NCBI RefSeq assembly: GCF_036971445.1
Contig: NC_091469.1
Span: forward strand, 370,450,001 to 370,514,000
Direction of reading: 5' to 3'
DNA length: 64,000 nucleotides
From: Narcine bancroftii
Lineage: Eukaryota
In this document: positions 1 through 12,949 of the stretch, one piece after another
Layout: each line of letters opens with the position of its first letter
Numbering within the stretch: position 1 is the first letter of the stretch
Made by a program: the position numbers and the translations under genes
Notes under the pieces: generated by a model
Told to the model about the DNA's origin: nothing
What the model saw: only the letters and a program-made list of their open reading frames with translations
The model's database searches: none

Positions 1-904
1 TTGCACAAGTGAGGTTAATATTTGTTTGGTATTTGTAGACTGTTATTTGTAACTTTAGTTTGAGGCATTTATTTTGTGTGGGCTAATATTTTCATAAGGT
101 TACCAAGCAGGTGCATGGTGCTGAGTGACAGAGAAGAATCAATGGGGAACATGGAATTGAAATTGCGTTTATTGGTTGTGCAGTCCGCTTATCCAAAAAA
201 TCTCGATTTGAACAAAAATATCCAATAAATTCCTGGGGTTCTGGGACTTAGCAAACTCCAGGTCATTGAGATCTAAAAGCTCCTTTCGGGAGCCACATGT
301 TCACTTCCAGTGTGCCTCTGTCTAGTCTCCAGGCCAGTAGCTTGTTGGGTCAGCTCATCACAGACAGTCTGGCTAGAGTTTGTCTCCTCACTTTGTCTTA
401 ACCCTCTCTTTCTCCTGCTCTTCCTTTCCTCCTTCCCTCTCTCCTCTTTGTTCCAACTCTTGCCCTGCAGCCACTTGCCAGTGAGCAAGTGACAGTCACT
501 GAATGGCAGCAGCTGATTTCTCATTAGGTTACTGCTGTGCAGCCTGCAGCAGGAGATGACAAACTGCGGCTCTTGCTCTGCAGGGTTTCTTGTGATTCAT
601 CCAGCCAGTACCATTTTCACTTGCAATCACAGGTATACACTTGATTGCACTGCGTGGGTGATCAGGCAGTTGTTGCATACTGTTCATGAAGTTGCATACT
701 ATCTCTGCCTGCTTTCCTCTGGAAATCTTCACATTTGCAATTGTGGTTAAAATTTCACAGGCTAATAACCTTCAAGAAAGATATGCTTCTACTCCATCAC
801 ACATAGGATAGGAAAATATTGAAATAAAGGGACAGGTGGATCCTTTGGACAGGACGTTTTTTTGTAGCTGTGCAAATGGATTTCAGGATCTCAACACCAC
901 CCTG

Positions 905-1098
905 AAAGCTCCTTCTACTTTTTATTAATGGCCCAACAATTTCTACAAGCCACTCACGATCTTACACTTTATCAAGGAGGCTGTGAGAATATCTTTGCCT
1001 CAAAGCTCCTTCTACTTTTTATTAATGGCCCAACAATTTCTACAAGCCACTCACGATCTTACACTTTATCAAGGAGGCTGTGAGAATATCTTTGCCTC
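905..1098. repeat. Perfect tandem duplication, 2 x 97 bp
   Basis: aaagctccttctac...atctttgcctc at 905-1001 is repeated exactly at 1002-1098. Confidence 0.95.
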
Positions 1099-2295
1099 AG
1101 TGCTTGGGGGTGACTGAGGTCTGACATTGGAAAAGTATGACCCACCGAACAGAGGCAGCTAAGTCTAATTAGTGCCTTAATGCCAGAGACCTAGGCTTTG
1201 GGGAGAAAGTGGGTGTCAGCTCTGAATTTAGACCTGTGTGGAGCCGTTGCTTAAGATCATGGGTTGAATGCCATCATGGAGCAGGTATCAGGTAGAGACA
1301 CGTTACTGCTCTAATTTGGTTATTCACTGAAATGTGGTAACTGGGGTGTTTCACACTTTAAATGTGTGTGGAAGTTTCATTTGTCACATTGGAAGAAATT
1401 CGGCACCTGTTATGTCTAAACAACAGATGTTAAGGAGACATGTTGCATCCATTTGATATTGAAGTAGAGATTCTAATCCAGGCTTAGTTTATATCCAGCA
1501 TTACAACAACATGGTCACGAGTTCAAAGTAATATCCAAACAAGAAATATTAAATAACCACTAGATTCAGAGAGCGACTGTTTAGAGTAAACTGGATAAAT
1601 ATGCACCTGGGTAAGATGCCAGGCCAGTAGGAGGTGTTCAGAAAAACAACTTGGTTTGACAAGGGGAAAAGAGAGCTTTATTCACCAAAAATGAATCTAT
1701 TGCAATGGAGGTAATGGAACAGGAGAGGACACAAACTAACACAAGTACTAATAACTGTGAGAGAAACAAAGGATGAGTAAACAGAACAAAGACACAAAAG
1801 GAGAATATGAAAGTAAACTTACAAAGAATATCAAAAGTAAAAAAAATCAAAACTCAAAACATTTTACATATTATTGATCGCAGGATTTGGCATATTTACC
1901 TGGACCTGCCAATATTTGTGCTGGTGCTTGACCTGCCGCTTTTTTCTTCATGTTGAAGCAAAAGAAACATACAAGGTTTAGTCATGGCAAAGTCACTGTT
2001 TGAACAATTGGTAAATTGCTGATTAAACCTAAAGTAAGAAAAACTCGCAGATGCTCGGAATTGACATAAAAAGAGAAAGTGGTGAAGATACTAAAAAGAT
2101 CGGGCAGCATCTGCATTGAGGGAAAGATGCTTGTGGTTGATCTCAATGATATTTCAAAAATTTTTGCATTTTTCAGTTTTGGTGAAATAACACTACATTG
2201 TTAAATCTAAATTATTTTTTTTAAATTTCTCATTGGCCATCTGAATTTTCTCAAATGGAGAAAGATGCAGATGATCCATTTATGACCTCAGGCAG

Positions 2296-2938
2296 GATGG
2301 TCAAAAAGAAAGATGGTATTGTGGGCATTCATTAGGCATGGGATTGAGTTCAGGAGCCATGAGATAATGTTGCAGCTCAATAAACTTTGGGTAGACGACA
2401 CCGAGTATTGTGTTCACTTCTAGTCGTCTTATTATAGGAAGGATGTGGAAGCTTCAGAGAGGTCACAGAGGAGATTTGTGATGATGCTACCTGGATTGGA
2501 GAATGACTTGTGAAGATATGTTGACTGAGCTAGGGAATTTCTCCTTGGAACAATGGAGGACATGACGTGATCAATAGAGGAGACAATGAAAGGCAGAAAA
2601 TGTGTGGACAGCCAGCCCCTTTTCCCAGGGCAGCAATGGTCAATACCAGAGGACATCTGTTTAAGGAGAGAGAAAAAAGATTAGGGAAGACATCAAAGGT
2701 ATTTTTGTTATTATTATAATGTTCTGTGATGGGTAACTGGAGTGCATTTTTAGGGGTGGTGGTAGAGGTGAGTACCACAATATTCAAAAGACTTTTAGAT
2801 CTTCAGAAGAATATAAAGCCACATGGTAGGTTATGGATTGTGGGAGGGAAGTGTTAGATTAATGTAAAGTAGGTTTATATAGGTGGACTTATCTTAGGCT
2901 GAAGGGCCCATTACTATGCTGTTCTGTTCTATGTTCTT
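2296..2938 (+). mobile_element. CR1 LINE 3' fragment, decayed
   Basis: ORF2 C-terminal-like sequence (gagtattgtgttcacttctagtc, ggatgtggaagct) and CR1-type tail gggcccattactatgctgttctgttctatgttct. Confidence 0.8.
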
Positions 2939-4086
2939 TGAGCATGTAAAAGGTCTGCAGATTATTTTCTTGGTAACTTAAAAATGTAAAGTGTTGAGCC
3001 AGTTTCAAGATACTCAAGAATCTTATTGATTGGTAGAATTAAAAGTACTAACGATTGACTGATGAAAAGGAAACAGGAGCTCTCAGAAACAATTTACAGG
3101 CTGATTGTATCAAAATGAAAGGTTCCATATAAAGAATATATTGTGTATAATAAAGTGACTGGAAATGTTCACGGTTAATTATTTTAAAATTTAACTTTTT
3201 TGTTTCATGCACCTACCATCCTTTATCATAGTTGACAAAACTGATGTTTCCAGCTTATTCTCATTCAAGGAAATTTACTTTTATTTTCATACAAAATATT
3301 TTTGTCTCCTGACATAATAAATCAAAGCCTTTGAGCAGTGAAGAATCTTTTCTGGATATGTACTAATTACTAAAGGTAATACTGTACAGGAGCATAGTGT
3401 ATTTTTTTCAATACAAATTTTATTTTAGGAGTGAAAAGATCTTTATTTACAGACCATTAGATGATATCTTAAATCTCTGTTTAGACAAAAATAGTTGTGT
3501 CATAATTTACTTAGTTTGACAGTTTTCACTTCTTCTTATTCAAGCATAGTTACTTAGAAATTATTATAGATCAGTTGAATTTTCCCTGGAGTTTACACTT
3601 CAATTTTCATCAATATGTTGCCAACAGTTTTAATGCATTGAAACAGACTGTAGGAAATTACAATCTGTTCCTTATTACAGAGAATTAACATGGGGTTGGC
3701 ACCAGAACGAATGTTAAAGGGGGGAATTAGCATGTTGGGGGGGGGGGAAGGGGGGATACAGTGCAATGCTCGTAAACTCACTCAGTGGGGGAGGGAGGGG
3801 AATGCTGGTTCTACTAGCTGATGACGTTAATATCTCTATCCCTCTGACGTAGCAGAAGAAAGCGCTGCTTTTATTGCATCAAGCATCACAAGCTAGATGC
3901 TAGTTACTTTTGACACATGCTTGTGGTGGGGACGGGTCTGACAGTGACCAATAGCCGTGACTCTATGGAGGAGGCACAGCACCTTGCTTAGGGGGTTAAT
4001 GCCTGCAAATGCCCCCTTTGACACCAACCCTTAATGAACATTTTGGCCTAGAAAGTGGTTCACCCATGAAAAGAAACACTAAAGTG

Positions 4087-4900
4087 TGTTACAAACCAAC
4101 AACCCTTTAATTTCTTTTTTGTTTGGGACTAAAGGGACTTTGTTAGCGCGAACAAAGTAACAGCAATGGAAAATTCACCAGAAAATGGTAAATACAAAAT
4201 AATAGTTTTTATTAAACTATCAATAACATAATATTTTTACTCATCTCTAAACTTTAAATTTAACCCCACCATTAAATAGAAGTGACAAGAAATGTGTGTG
4301 TGTGTAATTAAAATCCCGCTCTGAAAAGTCCATTTTTAAACTTTAGCATCATTTTGGTCTTGCTTGAAGGTCTTAAATTCTCAGTTGAAAATAATTATAA
4401 AGTAGTTTTAAACATCATATCTTCAGGCCTCTACTCACAATTCTTTTAATGAGATGTCCTGAGATATTCTTTAAATAGAAGTGATGCACCTCCTGTGGAA
4501 AATAAAAATACAATTCCTGTCTTCCCAGGATCAAATCTTCTTTTTACTGAAGATTTTGGAATCAGTTTTCCTCTTTTCAAAGAGACAGCGATTGTAGCTA
4601 TGCTTTTTTCCACGATGAATTCACAAACCCAGACAAAGGTTAAACAAAGAGATCATACAAAAATAGACCCAGTGTGACGTCTGCTGCAGCAGCATCACTA
4701 AATCAATGAACCATACACAGTAGTTAGTCAGCAATACCGTTTATTCTGGCCTGGACACCTGGGACTGGAGTGACATCATCATGTCCCTGCGATGCACACG
4801 AAGAGCGCGGAGCTTAAAGTGGAGATGATAGGAACCCTGCGCCGTCTTATGGGTGAGTACCTAACTGCCCTGTGCGCTGCAACTCGGCCAGCGATGTTGA
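4087..4900 (-). mobile_element. Probable decayed LTR / solo-LTR fragments
   Basis: TG-starting segments (tgttac at 4087, tgtgac near 4673) with reverse-strand AATAAA; no TSD verified. Confidence 0.35.
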
Positions 4901-4904
4901 GCGG

Positions 4905-6380
4905 CCAGTGATATTGCATCTGCAATTTTTCACATCTGCAATGGAACAATTGTGGCAGTAGTTAAATTGCAGCGGGTCCAGGTCCTTGCTAGTTATGAGT
5001 TAATTCTGGCCATGACCAACTTCTCAAAGCATTTCATCACAGTAGATGTAAGTGCCACTGGACAATAGAACTCACCCTGCTCTCCTTGGGCACCTGTATG
5101 ATTATTGCCCTTTTGAAGCAGGTGGGACCTCCGACTGCAGCAATGAGAGACTGGAAAGATCTGTGAACACTGCAACTAGTTGTTAGGTGGATTTTCAGTA
5201 CCCTGCCAGTTACTACATCAGGGCTTGATGCCTAACAAGGATTCATCTTCGATAAAAATGTTCTGACGTTGGCTCTGAAACAACTATCACACGGTCATCA
5301 GTTTCTGCAGTATTTTCACAGGTAGAGTTGAATTCTCTTTTTCAAAGCGAGCATAAAAGATGTTCAGCACATCAGGGAGTGAAGCATCACAGCCATTTAA
5401 GAAATTAGGCTTCACCTTGTAGGATGCAATGACCTGCAAGCCCTGCCACAGCTCGCCTGCATCTGATCAAGTTTCTAACTTCCCTCAGAATTGCTTCCTT
5501 GCTGTTAGGATAGCTTTCCATGTGTCATACCTTTTCTTCCTATAGATTTCTGGATCACTGGTCTTGGACACCATTGATCTAGCCCTCAGCAGGAAGATCC
5601 GAGGATTTTGATTAGGGTACTCTCGATATGTTCCCGAAGGCACACACTCCTCATCACAGATCCTGAAGAAGTCAGTAACAGCTATGGGATATTCATTCAA
5701 ATCTGAAGATGAATCCTTGAATATGGTCACCGATTCAAAGCAGTCCTGCAGGTAGTCCTCCTCCTCCTCCCTCGTCCATACCTTCACAGTCTTTACCACT
5801 AGTGCTGTAGTCCTCAGTCTCTGCTTGTACACAAGGCATAGAACTACAGGAAGGGAATCGGACTTGCCAATGTGTGGGTGTTTTACTGATGATGGTGTAG
5901 CAGTGGTGAAGTTCGTTGGCTCCTCTGGTTGATGGCAGATTGTTAAAGGCTTCTTCAAGCAGGCCTGGGTGAGGTCCCCTACAATGATGGGGAAGGCATC
6001 CAAGTATGCTGCTTTGTGGCAGCTGATTATGGTGCTCAGTCAATCTCATCAGCCAGACTGATGTTCGCCTGACACAGAATGTACACTGTAACCAAGATGA
6101 TAGCAGACAATTCCTCCAGTACAATGGGTTACACTTGATCGCCAGATATTCGAGATTGTGGGAACAGGACTGAAACATCATGTTTATACACCATGATGAT
6201 TTGATGAAGCAAATACTGCTGCCCTCTGTCTTTAATCAGATGCTGGCATCCTATCCACACCTTGGAAGACAAGGCTCTTAGGCTGCAATGCTGTGTCTGG
6301 AGTGCTTTCAATCAGTGAAACGCATCCCACAGCAATCCCTGATGTCCCTTTGCTGCTGTAATCTTGCTTGGAGTTCGTCA
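4905..6380 (-). mobile_element. Rex1/Babar-like LINE ORF2 fragment (endonuclease to RT start)
   Basis: Minus-strand peptides DAFPIIVGD, YLQDCFES and PVALTSTVMKCFEKLVMARIN; many frameshifts. Confidence 0.8.
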
Positions 6381-7272
6381 AACTCTCTCCCCCCCCCCCG
6401 AGACTGTTACGCCAGAAGATTGTGGGAAGAGGAGGCCTCAGGGCACCAGTGTTTCAGTTTACCTGTAATTCCCTCTCTGAATCTGTGGTGCCCACCCCCC
6501 CCCCCCCCACTTATCCTCAAAGTTTCAGGGAAAATGCCCCCTCACCCATTCCTTCACAATCATAAGTTCAGGAGTCTGCTGTTCACCACAACTTTGAGAG
6601 GCCTGGCTTTCTAGCTCTTTGTGCTGAATGCCAAGCCAGCTATAGCCCTGGGCAGGAGTAGAGGATCAATCAGCTATCTTCAGGAGTGTAAATGCATTCC
6701 AGTCTTTCAATCTAATTCCTACAAAATGGAAAGTGTTTTTCAGTTTCTGTTTAGACAGGATCAGGAGTTACTCCACTTATGGATAATACCTGTAGATAAC
6801 CAAAATTAGTCTTGATGACAGATCAACCGAAGAAGAGGGAAATGTATGGATGTTCTAATTAATCACTTAATCTTAGGGCTGTATTTCGGAGGAGTCAGCG
6901 AAAAAATTGTAAGACGGGTAGCAATTTCAAGTGATGTTTGAAGTGAACAATGCAGTGTTTATTGCAGCAGCTATAAAAATTGAGTGCAGCTCAAGATGTT
7001 GTTTTCACTACATCCATCAGACACATGGGTGGCAATGTTCCAAGAACCAGAGGACAGTTTTAAGAAGCTAAAACAGAAGAGTCTTGTGTGGCACTCTAAT
7101 TCAATACCAAGGCTGTTCTAAGTATTGTTTTTCAAATCAGACATTAAAACATGGTCTCTCTGCTCTGCTCAGTGGAATTAAAAATTCAACGACAGTCTTT
7201 TAAAGAGGTGTTATGCTCATGTTCTGTAGACAGCAGCTCCCATCAGCTGCTCTCCACCCAATTCCAATGCAT

Positions 7273-10200
7273 TGCAGTCTGGTACCGTAGTCACCATACC
7301 ACAACTGCACATGTACGAGTCCCCACAAGATATGGCTGTTGAAAATGGAGCTTGGCTGCTACCAGATGCCATTACAGGAAGCTCCCATTGTACATAGTGT
7401 TTGAGTGTAACAGTAAAATTGTCTGCTTATTGGGTGCAATAACAAACATGATGTCAGAAGTGGGATCACGTGCGTTCCAAGTTTGAAGTGGTCAAGTGAA
7501 AAGTGAATAACCAATGCCAACTTTCAATACGTTTGTAACTGTACCATAATGGCGGACAGATTCAGAAGGGCTGACCTGCTCATGTTTGAAGGCAATGTGG
7601 CGAAAAATTGGCACATATTCGAATGAGAATACGACATTTCATCACAGAAGTGCATAGTGCGTAGTCTGCAGGAGTCAGAGCATACATTTTACTTAATTTG
7701 GCAGGCCCCAAAGCCATTGAAAGGGAAAGGTCACTCAAACGAGGTGTGTGAAGGGGGCATCATTATCAGCCCAGCTGAGTCGAGAGAGGACCCCAAGAAA
7801 TTAAAGAGAAAATTTCCAGAAATGTGCAATCCATAAAAAGAACAATGATGGAAAGGCACAGATTTAATACCAGAAACCCAAGGCCTGGCTAGTCGATTCA
7901 CTCAGCGAAGAGCTGATTAAAGACAGGTTAGTCTGTGGCATCTGTGATGAAGGCATAAGAAAGGCACTGTTGCATGACAGTGAACTAACACTTTCAAAGG
8001 GCATCACCATGTGTCTAGCCTATAAACCCACAGAGGAGAACAATAGAAAGCTAGCCTTTCCACAGCATCAAGACGCAAGCATAGATGCAGTCCAGGCAGG
8101 ACCGCGAATAGGCAGTGGCCAGAAGAAGACGAAGCCAATCAAGCCCTACTACACCATCACCTAGGATGGAGTGTGGTAACTGCAGCGGCAACCACGTGAC
8201 AAGGCTAGAGATGTGCCCAGCGTTCAGTCAACAGTGCAGAGCCTGCCAGAAATTGAACCATTTTAGCAGATGCTGCAGTGCCAGGCAGCAACTCACCCTG
8301 AGACCCAGATACAGAAGGATGATTACCCAGTTGCAACCTGTGCAAGAACAATCCAACTTGGACAATGAGTATTACGTTAATGGTGCAACGTAATTCCTGC
8401 AGATTCCTGCAAATGCCATTTGGAATCAATTCTGCCAGCAAGGTATTTCAAAGGTCAATAGAACAAATCTTTGCAGGGTATTCCTGTGCCATCGATGTTG
8501 AAGATATACTCATAGGTGGCAAGGACTTGGAAGAACACGACTAATATTTAAAAAAGGTAATCAACAGAGCCCGGAAGGAAAAACCTTAAGCTCAACCCCC
8601 CGGAAGTGCAGATTTCGGCTGAACCAGGTCAGTTACCTGGGCCGTGTTTTCACAGGAGAAGGCCTAAAGTGGACCCTTCAAAGACCAGAGCAATCAGTGA
8701 AATGCCAGTACCGACAGACGTGACAGCGCTACAATATTTTCTCGGTATGGTCAACTACCTGAGTAAGTTCATCGCAAACTCCAGTGATCTTACCAGTCCA
8801 TTAAGGCATCTTATGCACAAAGATGTGTGGTCCTGGCACAAGCAACAACAGAACACATTTGATGCATTAAAAGGTCATGCCCACCTGTTCTATCGTACTA
8901 CAACATGCGAAGACAAATCATACTAACCTGTGATGCATCACAGTACGGTCTGGGTGCACCATGACTGCAAGATGGAAAACCAGTATCCTACACATCCAGA
9001 TCATTCACTGACATGGAGACCAGGTACGCCAAAATAGAGGAGGAGTTGTTGGCAGTAGTTTTTGCCTGCTGAAAATTCAACGGCTACATCTAAGAAACTG
9101 ACCACTTACCTCTGGTCACAATTCTGAAGAAGCCAATTCACGCAGCCCTTGCATGATTACAGAGAATGATACTCAGGCTACAGAAATACAATGTGACTTT
9201 AGTTTATGTGCGGAAAATAAATGCACTTAGCCAATGCGTTATCACGTGCTCCCAGAAAATGCACGATCCATCAAGGTGAGGAAGAGAGTACTTTTGATAT
9301 AATGACAGTAATGCACATCTCCACCTCCCTGTTGGAGGAACTGAGACAGTACTCAGCTGAAGACACAACTTTGAGGACCCTGGACACTTTTATCAAGGAC
9401 AGCTGGTCAAACAAGCAGCATAGCCTACCACTGGAAATGCAACCCTATTTCCCATTCCTGGACAAATCACTCATTGATGATGGAATAATAATGAAGGCCT
9501 AAGAGCAATTCTGTAGTTCCAAGTTCACTGCAAAACACCTATGCCAGCATAGAGGGCACCAAACACAGGGCTAAAGACATTGTTTTTTGGCCAGGAGGTA
9601 CAAGCTTGCTCAGTGTGTGTGCAGCAGCACAAGGCCACACCAGCAGAAAGAATTGCTGCTGCTCCACCCAATGCCGAATCTCCCCTGGTCAACCGTGGTA
9701 ACAGACATCTTTGAATGGCACAGTTAGCAGTATTATTGATCCATACTCTGGATGGTTTGAAATATATCTTTTACCTGATATCATCTCGTCGGCAGTCATT
9801 GCTAAGTTGGAGGAACTTTTAGGTGCATGGGGCACATCACACTCTGCTATCAGACAATGGCACACAGTTTACCAGTGAGAAATTCAGACACTTTGTAGTG
9901 ACATGGAATTTCAACCACATCACTAGCAGCCTGGAGTACCCACAATCAAATGGCTTGGTTGAAAGAGCCGTGAGGAACAGCTCGTGGAGAAGTCGCACAG
10001 GAAGAAGACACATGTTCTTAAGGAACCTAAAGAACATCCTTCACGATTCCACATTGGGCTCTCCGGTGCAAAAACTCATGACTAGGCAGACGTGAACGAC
10101 CCTGCCGGAGGCAAGGAGGCCACTGGAGTCCCAGCTCAAGGTCCCACAAGAAATTAAGTTCCAGCTACTAAACAGGAGACTACCACAGAAAAGGTGCTAT

Positions 10201-10892
10201 GACAGAAACAGCCAATCACTCTTGCTATTAGCAGAAGGGCAAGTCATAAGAATGCAGACTCCATGGGGATACAACCGTAAGGGCATAGTCGAAAGGAGCT
10301 GACAAGAACCTAGGTCATACCTAGTAAAATCAGAAGGAAGGATGTATCGGACAAACCGTCGACACCCGTAAAGGAGCAACCCCCATCCTGAACCATTCCT
10401 GATGAGCCTATATACCAGGATCTGGAATGTGAACCTGGGGTAGGCGGAGCTCCCTCAGGAACAACCCATGAAACAAATGGCTGCACCCCTGAGACCACGC
10501 GTGGCACATCCTCTCAAGCTGAAGCACCCCAAACATCCACTTCTAGCAGTGGTTACCACATAACACACTGGGCGTATTTGTAAGCCCAACTCAAAATGTC
10601 GGGACTAAAGTGGACTGAACTGAAACTATTGTGGTGTATGGCACCAACATGGATTGTGCAATGTGGGGGGGGGTTGCTCAAGAAAGGGGATGCAGACTGC
10701 TCTTAACCCTCTGCAATTGCGTTCTGCATTTGCGAGTCCCCATGAGGCGCGGCAGTTGAAAATGGAGCTTGGCTGATACCAGAAGTCATTACAAGAAGCT
10801 CCTGTTGTACATAGTGTTGTTTGAGTTTAACAGTAAAGCGTTGACTAGGGTTACCACTTCTGTTGTCTGCTTATTTGGTGCAATAACAAACA
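7273..10892 (+). mobile_element. Old Ty3/Gypsy (Mag-like) LTR retrotransposon with both LTRs, internally deleted
   Basis: Diverged LTRs at ~7273-7448 and 10691-10892, both ending gcaataacaaaca. PBS tgatgtcagaagtgggat at 7449-7466, 17/18 complementary to the tRNA-Leu(CAA) 3' end; PPT agaaagggga at 10681-10690. Gag Cys/His knuckles (CGNCSGNH, CRACQKLNHFSRCC), FLGMVNYLSKFI, LANALSR and integrase SDNGTQF...YPQSNGLVERAV. Protease and N-terminal RT are missing near 8390. Confidence 0.9.
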
Positions 10893-11639
10893 TGTTCAAA
10901 CCAGTATCTTTCTCAATGAATAATTCTTCAAAGAATAATTCTTCAGACACACATTATTTGTTCAAAAATTACCCAATTTTTCACTGACAATTGCATTTCT
11001 GGCCAAAGCTTCAAAATGCTTCATTGGCCATGTGACATCTGGAAGGGCCATGAAAGGTGAATGTTATTTTGCTCAGGAACACAGACTTGCAGACGGAGCT
11101 GCTGCATCATCCTCCTTGCAAGGATATCCCTCCCCCATTTGTAACCTGACCATTTTCCCATTGATTTTGCAGCATGAAGTCTGGTACAAATGGCCTTGGA
11201 TTGCCCTCTGGCAGGATGTGAATGAGAAGATGCTGAGCCTTGTGATTTAAGAAAAAGCAGTATATTAAAAACCATTCCCTGTACAGAACTTGGTTAATGG
11301 GGACAAGATGCCAGTAACTCAGGATGCACTGTAGAAATCTTTTGATTGCAAATGTTCCTCACTTTCCTAATCATAAAAAGGAAGATAAATTTGTGTTGAG
11401 TATTGTTCACAACTTTGGGATGTCTATGAGTACTTAACATCAAGAATACTTCATTTGCTGTAATTATAGCTGTGAAGTGAGAAACATGGCAATGAATTTG
11501 AAATGCAACAAGATTCCACAAAAACAACACAACCAAAATATATATTTTTTGTATTTTAGTTGCTATTCTTGCCCATTTTGTAATTGGGCATGGTGCCAGG
11601 TGCAGTCTTAATTTAATGTTTTAAAATATAATTTCACGA

Positions 11640-11840
11640 TCTAGCATGCTAATAGCCCCTCCTGCCCATCGCGCCCAAAAACACCCACGTGACTAACTAA
11701 CCTACTAATCCTCTATAATTTTGGAATGGGGAAGGAAAGCCATGAAGATACATGGAGAACCTACAATCTCTGAACAGATAGTGCTGGATTCAAACCTGGG
11801 TCATTTACACTGTGTAATAGTGTTATGTCAACCATTACAT
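11640..11840 (-). mobile_element. HE1/V-SINE-like element, decayed
   Basis: Reverse complement of the V-SINE core (catggagaacctacaatctc...ggattcaaacctggg). Confidence 0.6.
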
Positions 11841-12714
11841 TAATCATTGTTTGAAAACAAAGACAAGGATTCATCCAATATATGGCACTTCCAACATCAT
11901 AACTTCCTTCTCATCCACAGTGGAGAACCATATCAGATTTTGGTCCACAGTGGGAGTTGAACTTAAAACAATCCAACTGAAAGTCAAGCATTCTACCCAG
12001 CCATCGATCTATTGCTGAAATTGTTATTACTTATAAGTGCTGAACACCTAATATTAGATCAAGTAAAAAAAACAAGCTATTAAGATCTGTATTAATAGAT
12101 AACTGGCAGACTTTTTATCCAAGTAATTTGTCAGCACAACTTAGGCAGAAAATTGTGGCATTATATTAGAAAATTTTGAAAATCATTTTGCAGCCACACT
12201 TACAATAAATGCAATCTCTGAAGTAAAGTGAGTTTACCAAGAATGTTTTGCCAAAATAAATGCTTTGTTCATTCAAAAATATCATATGGGTTGTAATTTT
12301 AGCAAAATCGTACATTTATTATTTGAGCTCACTAAATACATTCAATAAATTTAAGAAAATATACAATAATAACAGTTTAAAGCAGCAAAATATTTTCAAC
12401 CTGTAATCAAATGTTTTTCAAACTATCACTTTATGCATTTAAATTCTTTGTCATAGTGTTAAGACTCATTGCTATTGAACCTGTCCAGCCCACAACTATG
12501 GCGCTCAAATGAATTACTGCAAATACAAACCTGTATGTAGGGTAAAGAAGGAATGGGTAAAACCAGATGGAGAACCTACATTGACCTTGGCACCAAATTT
12601 GGACACAGTGATTCCCAATAATTATTGATAATTAATAAATCTGTAAAAACTTGCTACTGCTGCATGTGGTTGAGTTTACGAGGAATCTCAAGGGAAAATA
12701 AATACTTTTCATTG

Positions 12715-12947
12715 GCTGATTCCTGGGAATGACAGGACTGATGTATGAAGAAAGATGGGGCAGGTTAGGATTGTGCTCTAGAACTTAGAAGAATGGGAAG
12801 GAAACTCAGAGACAAAATTCTTACACAACTGGACAGGTTAGAAACAATGTTCCTGACACTGGGTATGTCCAGAACAAGGGTTCATAGTTGAAGGATAAGA
12901 GGCAAGCCATTCTGGACTGAGATGATGAGAAAACTCTTCACTCAGAA
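12715..12947 (+). mobile_element. CR1 ORF2 C-terminal fragment
   Basis: gattcctgggaatgacaggactg...actgagatgatgagaaaactcttcactcaga. Confidence 0.65.
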
Positions 12948-12949
12948 AA

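Noticed and set aside
556-632. ATG-initiated alternative first coding exon (MTNCGSCSAG...)
   Set aside because: It ends in phase 2; splicing to the phase-1 exon at 22522 gives a frameshift and early stop.
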